Made by a program: the position numbers and the translations under genes. 64,000 nt of DNA from Clostridia bacterium. Its GTDB lineage: Bacteria; Bacillota; Clostridia; Oscillospirales; Acutalibacteraceae. Every line of letters starts with the position of its first letter. Position 1 is the stretch's first letter. The notes under the pieces were generated by a model. The model was given only the letters and a program-made list of their open reading frames with translations. It made no database searches and was not told the origin of the DNA. Location: the NCBI GenBank assembly GCA_017935325.1, contig JAGBHV010000015.1, forward strand, positions 12,191 through 76,190, read 5' to 3'. Positions 58,162 through 64,000 of the stretch are shown here, piece by piece.

Positions 58162-59391
58162 ATGAAAAAAGCAATTTCTCTTTTACTTTGCGTTATTTTG
58201 GCTTTTTCAGTTTCAATCAATGCATTTGCTGCAGAAAAACAAACTGAAAACAAATATCCCTTCATTTTTATTCACGGTATGTTTGGTTGGGGTCAGGACG
58301 AAGGCATCAACAATATTGCACCATACTGGGGCGGTACAACAGGAAGCCTTATGGAATATCTGCGTGAAAACAATATGGAATGCTACGATGTTTCTGTAGG
58401 ACCTCTTTCAAGTGCATGGGATAATGCTTGTGAAATTTATGCTCAATTGACAGGCACAACTGTTGACTACGGCGAAGCACATTCAAAAGCACACGGTCAT
58501 GACCGTTTTGGCAGAACATATACTGAACCGATTGTCCCGGATTGGAGCGAAGAGAAAAAAGTTCATCTCATCGGCCACAGCCACGGTGGACAAGGTGCTC
58601 GACTTCTTGCACATTTACTGACTTATGGTGACAAAGATGAAATTAATGCTACTGACAAAGAAAATATCTCTCCTCTTTTTACCGGCGATAAAGAATATTT
58701 AGTTGAAAGCGTAACTACAATCTGTACACCTAATAACGGAACAACATCTTACAATTTCTGTGAAACCTTTTATCTCAAACCAATTATGTCTTTTGTTGCC
58801 ACATTTTACGCAGGAATTGTCGGAAGAAGTTTTCTCAATGGCACATTAGTTGATTTTCATCTTGAACATTTTGGTCTGACTAATATTCCCGGAGAAAAAG
58901 TATCTGAAGATAAATTATCAGATGCTATTGACAGATTCGGAAACACAAAAGATGCCGTTGTCTACGACTTATCAATTGAAGGTGCAAAAAGTCTTAATGA
59001 CAAGATTGAAATAAGCGAGAATATAAATTATTTTTGCTATAGCTATGATGCTTCAGGAAAAAACAGTAAACTTCCGATAAACACCGATTTCTTTTTCCTT
59101 GCATTAACCGGAACACTACTTTTGATATACGGCACTCCGGAAGATACTGCTGGGATAATATTTAATGACGATTGGCTCGCAAACGATGGTCTTGTAAATA
59201 CAGTTTCCGCTAAAAACCCATTTGATGAACCTGCAAGGGACTTTGATGGCGAAATAGTCGAAGGTATATGGAATGTAATGCCCACGCGAGTTGGTGACCA
59301 CGGAACACCTATCGGTCTTTTCTCAAGCGAAGAATATGTTCATGATTTTTATGATGAACTTACCGAAATGCTTATATCTCTTGAAAAATAA
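58162..59391 (+). CDS. secreted triacylglycerol lipase (family I type)
   Basis: 409 aa; signal peptide ending AFA|AEK; FIFIHGMFGWG oxyanion region; nucleophile elbow GHSHGG. Confidence 0.85.
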   Translation: MKKAISLLLCVILAFSVSINAFAAEKQTENKYPFIFIHGMFGWGQDEGINNIAPYWGGTTGSLMEYLRENNMECYDVSVGPLSSAWDNACEIYAQLTGTTVDYGEAHSKAHGHDRFGRTYTEPIVPDWSEEKKVHLIGHSHGGQGARLLAHLLTYGDKDEINATDKENISPLFTGDKEYLVESVTTICTPNNGTTSYNFCETFYLKPIMSFVATFYAGIVGRSFLNGTLVDFHLEHFGLTNIPGEKVSEDKLSDAIDRFGNTKDAVVYDLSIEGAKSLNDKIEISENINYFCYSYDASGKNSKLPINTDFFFLALTGTLLLIYGTPEDTAGIIFNDDWLANDGLVNTVSAKNPFDEPARDFDGEIVEGIWNVMPTRVGDHGTPIGLFSSEEYVHDFYDELTEMLISLEK

Positions 59392-59395
59392 GTTT

Positions 59396-59432
59396 ATCCC
59401 TCAACATTCAATGAGTGTTGAGGGATATTTTT
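59396..59432. terminator. bidirectional intrinsic terminator (lipase / helicase)
   Basis: atccctcaaca (59396-59406) / ttcaatgag / tgttgagggat (59416-59426), then ttttt. The reverse sense is followed by ttattttt. Confidence 0.8.
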
Positions 59433-61155
59433 ATCTTCTTTTCTTATTTTTTGATTTATCCTTCTGTTTCCTGAAAGGTTTTTCTTTATTTCTGTCACGT
59501 TTGCCGTCTTTGAAATTTTTAGGTTTATCTTTAGCAGAATTTTTCTGATGTTTTTCAGGCTTCACTTTGGCTGTTTTATCCTGATAAACTCTTGTATCAA
59601 CATTGAAGCCGTTGATTTTACAGCCGACCATTTTCAGAATAATTTCATCAACCTTATCTTTCGGTATACCAACTAAAGTATATTCATCATAAATTTCTAT
59701 TTTGCCGATTTCCTTACCTGAAATACCTGTTCTGTCGGCAACGGCACAAAGAACATGATTAGGTGCAACTTTTTTTGCTCTGCCGATTGAAATGCGGATT
59801 TTCTGAAAATCTTCATCATTTCCTCTTTGTTTTTTGCCGAAAGATTCAAGAGAAGATATCTGTTCAATCTTTTCACCCATAATAATCTGCAGAAGTTTGG
59901 CACTCAATTCGTAAAGTGAAAGACCTTTACTTAAGAGTTCGTTGAGAATTTTGTTGTATCTGTCATCAGCATTGATTTCAAGCTGATTTTCAAGAAGAAC
60001 GAGCTCTCTTTCAATAAGCTTATTTCTCAAATCTTCTGTGCTTGGCAAATCAAGCTGTTCAATTTCGGATTTAGTGCTTTTTGCGATATCTTTAATTGCA
60101 GTTATCTGACGTCTTCCGCTGCAAATTGTAACTGCAGTACCGTCCTTACCTGCTCTTCCTGTACGTCCGATGCGGTGAACATAATATTCTCTGTTCTGGG
60201 GAATATCATAGTTAAACACAAAGTCGATATCATTTACATCAATACCGCGAGCAGCAACGTCTGTAGCAATAAGGATATTACTTAAACCGCCTTTGAAAGA
60301 ATCCATAACACGCGTACGGGAAGATTGCTGCATATCACCGTGAAGGCTTTCGGAATCGAATCCGTTTTCCTTCAGGTATTTGCCTAAATCTTCGACCATT
60401 GCTTTTGTATTACAGAAAATCATTGCACGTTTCGGTGAAAAATAACGAAGAAGCATATTCAGAGCATCCATTTTCTTGCCCATCGGCACTTCGATAAAAT
60501 GCTGTTTTATATGCTCAACTGTCAGGCTGCGTGATTTTATTTCAATCATCATCGGGTCACGCTGGAATTTTTCTGTGATATCGAGAATTTCTTTAGGCAT
60601 TGTAGCAGAAAAAAGAACGGTTTGTCTGTCGTCAGGTGTGTGAGAAAGTATTTCTTCAATATCTTCCCTGAATCCCATACTGAGCATTTCGTCTGCTTCA
60701 TCGAGAACAACCATTTTTACATCGTGAAGTTTAAGTGTTCTTCTGCGCATATGGTCCATTATTCTGCCGGGAGTACCGATTACGATATTTGCACGCTTGA
60801 TTTTTGTAATTTGTCTGTCCATAGCAGCACCGCCGTAGACATCGCATACTCTTACACCATTCATAAAGCGTGAAAGTTTCTTTATTTCCCCTGCTCCCTG
60901 CATTGCAAGTTCACGTGTGGGACAAAGAATTATAATCTGGACTTTTTCAAGGCTTGTATCAATGGTTTCAAGAGCGGGAATTGCAAAGGCAACAGTTTTA
61001 CCTGTACCCGTCTGTGAACGGCCGATAACGTCACATCCTGTGCGGATAAGCGGTATTGCCTGTGACTGAATATCAGTCATTTCGTTAAATCCCATTTCAT
61101 CAACTGCACGTTTAAGTTCAGGTGATAAATAGAGATTTTCAAAAGATTTTTCCAT
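59431..61155 (-). CDS. DEAD-box ATP-dependent RNA helicase with DbpA-type C-terminal RNA-binding domain and K/R-rich tail
   Basis: The start is taken at the ATG at 61155 (MEKSFENL; GGAAGGA 7 nt upstream); the ORF track extends to 61209 through a terminator hairpin. Motifs GTGKT, VLDEADEM, SAT, HRIGRTGRAG. The tail is KPEKHQKNSAKDKPKNFKDGKRDRNKEKPFRKQKDKSKNKKRR. Confidence 0.92.
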   Translation of the reverse strand: MEKSFENLYLSPELKRAVDEMGFNEMTDIQSQAIPLIRTGCDVIGRSQTGTGKTVAFAIPALETIDTSLEKVQIIILCPTRELAMQGAGEIKKLSRFMNGVRVCDVYGGAAMDRQITKIKRANIVIGTPGRIMDHMRRRTLKLHDVKMVVLDEADEMLSMGFREDIEEILSHTPDDRQTVLFSATMPKEILDITEKFQRDPMMIEIKSRSLTVEHIKQHFIEVPMGKKMDALNMLLRYFSPKRAMIFCNTKAMVEDLGKYLKENGFDSESLHGDMQQSSRTRVMDSFKGGLSNILIATDVAARGIDVNDIDFVFNYDIPQNREYYVHRIGRTGRAGKDGTAVTICSGRRQITAIKDIAKSTKSEIEQLDLPSTEDLRNKLIERELVLLENQLEINADDRYNKILNELLSKGLSLYELSAKLLQIIMGEKIEQISSLESFGKKQRGNDEDFQKIRISIGRAKKVAPNHVLCAVADRTGISGKEIGKIEIYDEYTLVGIPKDKVDEIILKMVGCKINGFNVDTRVYQDKTAKVKPEKHQKNSAKDKPKNFKDGKRDRNKEKPFRKQKDKSKNKKRR

Positions 61156-61170
61156 CAAAATTTCCTTCCG

Positions 61171-61202
61171 AAAAATAGCGGAGACATCAGAGTGTCTCCG
61201 CT
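61171..61202 (-). terminator. intrinsic terminator after purL
   Basis: Minus strand: agcggagacac / tctg / atgtctccgct (61177-61202), followed by attttt (61171-61176). It begins 7 nt after the purL stop. Confidence 0.8.
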
Positions 61203-61209
61203 GTTTCAA

Positions 61210-64000
61210 TTATTTAAAGTATTTAACTGCTGATTCAAACATCTGCATATCATAAACACCGTCAACATTTTTGTAAAGTCCGTAGCCTTTACGTTCAGAG
61301 TGACCCATTTTACCGAATACTCTGCCGTCAGGTGAAGTAATACCTTCAATAGCACAAACAGAATTGTTGGGATTGAAACGGATATCATCTGTGGGATTAC
61401 CTTCAAGGTCAACATACTGCGTTGCAATCTGACCGTTTTCAGCAAGCTTCTTGACAAGTTCTTCACTTGCAAGGAAACGACCTTCGCCGTGTGAAATCGG
61501 CACTGTGTAAACGTCACCTACGTTTGTAGCTGCAAGCCATGGAGACTTGTTAGAAGCGATTCTTGTTCTTACTAATCTTGACTGATGGCGTCCGATTGTG
61601 TTGAATGTAAGTGTGGGACAATTTTCATCAGTATCAATAATCTTACCGTAAGGTACAAGACCAAGTTTGATAAGTGCCTGGAAACCGTTACAGATACCGC
61701 ACATAAGACCGTCACGGTTTTCAAGAAGATTTGTTACGCCTTCTTTAACTGCTGCATTACGGAAGAATGCTGTGATGAATTTACCTGAACCGTCAGGTTC
61801 GTCACCGCCTGAGAAACCGCCGGGAACGAAAATCATCTGTGCTGTTTCAAGAGATTTTGCAAATCTTTCTACACTTCTTGTAATGCCGTCTGCTGTAAGG
61901 TTATTAAGAACAATAATTTCAGCTTCTGCACCTGCATATTCCATAGCTTTTGCTGAATCATATTCGCAGTTCGTTCCGGGGAATACAGGGATAAGAACTT
62001 TCGGCTTTGCAACCTTGATTGCAGGAGCTTTTCTTTCACTTGCTTCGAATGAGAAAGCAGGAATTTCCTTACCTTCTGTTTCGATATTGCAAGAATAGAT
62101 AGGTTCAAGTTTATCTTCATAAATCTTGAGAAGATTTTTAAGGCAGACTTTTTCGTCGCCTTTAACGATTGCTTTTTCTTCTGTAGTTTTACCGAGAAGA
62201 ATACCAACCTGTGTATCATCAGCTATTTCAAGAACGAATGCACCATAGTTATAACCAAAGATTTCATCATTTGAAATTTCTGCATTATATTCAAAGCCGA
62301 TATCGTTACCGAAGCACATCTTCATAACTGCTTCTGCTACACCACCGAGAGTGGGTGTATAAGCTGCAACAGCTTTGCCTGATGAAAGAAGTTCATTGAC
62401 TTTATCAAAGTTTGCCTTAAGTGATGCAGTTACAGGAAGACCGTTTTCATCATATTCCGGCTTAAGAAGACATACATTATGACCTGCTGCTTTGAATTCA
62501 GGAGATACAATGCTGTCAACTTTTTCTGTTGTTACAGCGAAAGAAACAAGTGTAGGCGGAACATCGATATCTTCAAATGAACCACTCATTGAGTCTTTAC
62601 CGCCGATTGAAGCAATTTCAAGTTCAAGCTGTGCTTTGAATGCACCAAGAAGTGCTGAAAGAGGTTTACCCCAACGTGTGGGCGATTTGAGAGGCTTCTC
62701 AAAATATTCCTGGAATGTAAGGTATACATCTTCAAATTTAGCACCTGTTGCAATAAGTTTTGAAACTGATTCAATTACTGCAAGGTATGCTGAATGATAA
62801 GGGCTCTTACAAGCGATGAACGGGTTATAACCCCATGACATAAGTGAGCAACTGTTTGTTTTCGCTTTTTCAGTTGAAACTTTGTGTACCATTGCCTGAA
62901 TGGGAGTCTGCTGATGTTTACCGCCGAAAGGCATAAGAACTGTGCCTGCACCGATAGTTGAGTCAAATCTTTCAGAAAGACCTCTCTTTGAGCAGACGTT
63001 AAGGTCATCTGCAAGAGCTTCAAGATTGTCTTTGAATGTGCCTTCAACAGTTTTCTTGTAACATTCAGGTTTAACGGGAGCAATATCAATGTGCTTTTCT
63101 GCACCGTTTGAGTTAAGGAATTCTCTGGAAAGGTCAACAATTTTCTTGCCGTTCCAATGCATTACAAGGCGAGGTTCAGCCTTAACTGTTGCAACGGGAG
63201 TTGCTTCAAGGTTTTCAAGAGAGGCAAGTTCAAGGAATCTTGCAACATCTTTTTCTTCAACAACAACAGCCATTCTTTCCTGGCTTTCGCTGATTGCAAG
63301 CTCTGTGCCGTCAAGACCATCATATTTCTTAGGAACTTTGTTAAGATCGATTTCAAGACCGTCAGCAAGTTCACCGATAGCAACTGAAACACCGCCTGCA
63401 CCGAAGTCGTTACAACGTTTGATAAGGTAAGATGCTTCTGCGTTTCTGAAAAGTCTCTGGAGTTTTCTTTCTTCCGGAGCATTACCCTTCTGAACTTCTG
63501 CACCGCAGCTCTCAAGAGATTCAAGTGTATGAGATTTTGAAGAACCTGTTGCACCGCCGCAACCGTCACGACCTGTTCTGCCGCCGAGAAGAATAACAAC
63601 ATCGCCGTCTTCAGGTCTCTCACGACGAACATTTTTAGCGGGTGCTGCTGCAACGACTGCACCGATTTCCATTCTCTTTGCTACATAGCCATCGTGATAA
63701 AGTTCATCAACCTGACCTGTTGCAAGACCGATCTGGTTACCGTATGAAGAATAACCTGCAGCTGCAGTTCTTACAATTTTTCTCTGAGGAAGTTTACCCT
63801 TCATTGTTTCAGCAACGCTCTTCAGGGGGTTGCCTGCACCTGTAACGCGCATAGCACCGTAAACATATGAACGGCCTGAAAGCGGGTCACGGATAGCACC
63901 GCCGATACAAGTAGCTGCACCGCCGAAAGGTTCGATTTCTGTGGGATGGTTATGAGTTTCGTTTTTGAAGAGAAGAAGCCATTCTTCATCCACTCCGTCA
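61210..64000 (-). CDS. purL: phosphoribosylformylglycinamidine synthase, single-chain large form (5' end outside window)
   Basis: The frame is open to the window edge, so the M at 63993 is internal. FGAM synthetase motifs NHPTEIEPFGGAATC and a C-terminal glutamine amidotransferase domain (GICNGFQAL, HGEGRF). Confidence 0.93.
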   Translation of the reverse strand, partial: DGVDEEWLLLFKNETHNHPTEIEPFGGAATCIGGAIRDPLSGRSYVYGAMRVTGAGNPLKSVAETMKGKLPQRKIVRTAAAGYSSYGNQIGLATGQVDELYHDGYVAKRMEIGAVVAAAPAKNVRRERPEDGDVVILLGGRTGRDGCGGATGSSKSHTLESLESCGAEVQKGNAPEERKLQRLFRNAEASYLIKRCNDFGAGGVSVAIGELADGLEIDLNKVPKKYDGLDGTELAISESQERMAVVVEEKDVARFLELASLENLEATPVATVKAEPRLVMHWNGKKIVDLSREFLNSNGAEKHIDIAPVKPECYKKTVEGTFKDNLEALADDLNVCSKRGLSERFDSTIGAGTVLMPFGGKHQQTPIQAMVHKVSTEKAKTNSCSLMSWGYNPFIACKSPYHSAYLAVIESVSKLIATGAKFEDVYLTFQEYFEKPLKSPTRWGKPLSALLGAFKAQLELEIASIGGKDSMSGSFEDIDVPPTLVSFAVTTEKVDSIVSPEFKAAGHNVCLLKPEYDENGLPVTASLKANFDKVNELLSSGKAVAAYTPTLGGVAEAVMKMCFGNDIGFEYNAEISNDEIFGYNYGAFVLEIADDTQVGILLGKTTEEKAIVKGDEKVCLKNLLKIYEDKLEPIYSCNIETEGKEIPAFSFEASERKAPAIKVAKPKVLIPVFPGTNCEYDSAKAMEYAGAEAEIIVLNNLTADGITRSVERFAKSLETAQMIFVPGGFSGGDEPDGSGKFITAFFRNAAVKEGVTNLLENRDGLMCGICNGFQALIKLGLVPYGKIIDTDENCPTLTFNTIGRHQSRLVRTRIASNKSPWLAATNVGDVYTVPISHGEGRFLASEELVKKLAENGQIATQYVDLEGNPTDDIRFNPNNSVCAIEGITSPDGRVFGKMGHSERKGYGLYKNVDGVYDMQMFESAVKYFK

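Overview
AT-rich chromosomal segment from an endospore-forming, Clostridia-type Firmicute. A type I dockerin suggests a Ruminococcus-like or cellulosome/amylosome-producing lineage, but that is inference only. About 80% of genes are on the minus strand, in long, translationally coupled operons. Most of the window is conserved housekeeping and sporulation. It carries ackA, an uninterrupted sigK and one tRNA-Val. A 12-gene operon runs nusB, TsaD-like gene, xseA, xseB, ispA, dxs, tlyA, nadK, argR, recN, DUF896. The complete spoIIIAA-AH operon is present. Further on come cdaA-cdaR and the run alaS (with T-box leader), HIT, comEC, holA, Toprim gene, ispF. A DEAD-box helicase and the 3' part of a single-chain purL close the window. 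Accessory, envelope-related genes are interspersed, mostly on the plus strand and each with its own promoter and terminator. These are a glutaminase-A-like protein, three alpha/beta-hydrolases or lipases, a YfhO glycosyltransferase next to a two-component system, an orphan 588-aa secreted protein, and a 1601-aa dockerin-bearing repeat protein followed by a membrane-anchored unknown. I found no CRISPR array, transposase, integrase, prophage, toxin-antitoxin pair or recognisable defence genes. The best candidates for undescribed biology are four. (i) The dockerin/FIVAR-like giant protein locus at 40.6-46.6 kb. (ii) A leaderless SpoIID-like/3xPG-binding protein and its 215-aa partner beside an orphan GerA-family subunit at 15.9-19.5 kb. 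(iii) A TsaD/Kae1 paralogue embedded in the nusB-xseA operon. (iv) The apparently highly expressed orphan secreted protein at 6.6-8.5 kb. All functional calls rest on motifs read by eye and on synteny; no searches were run.
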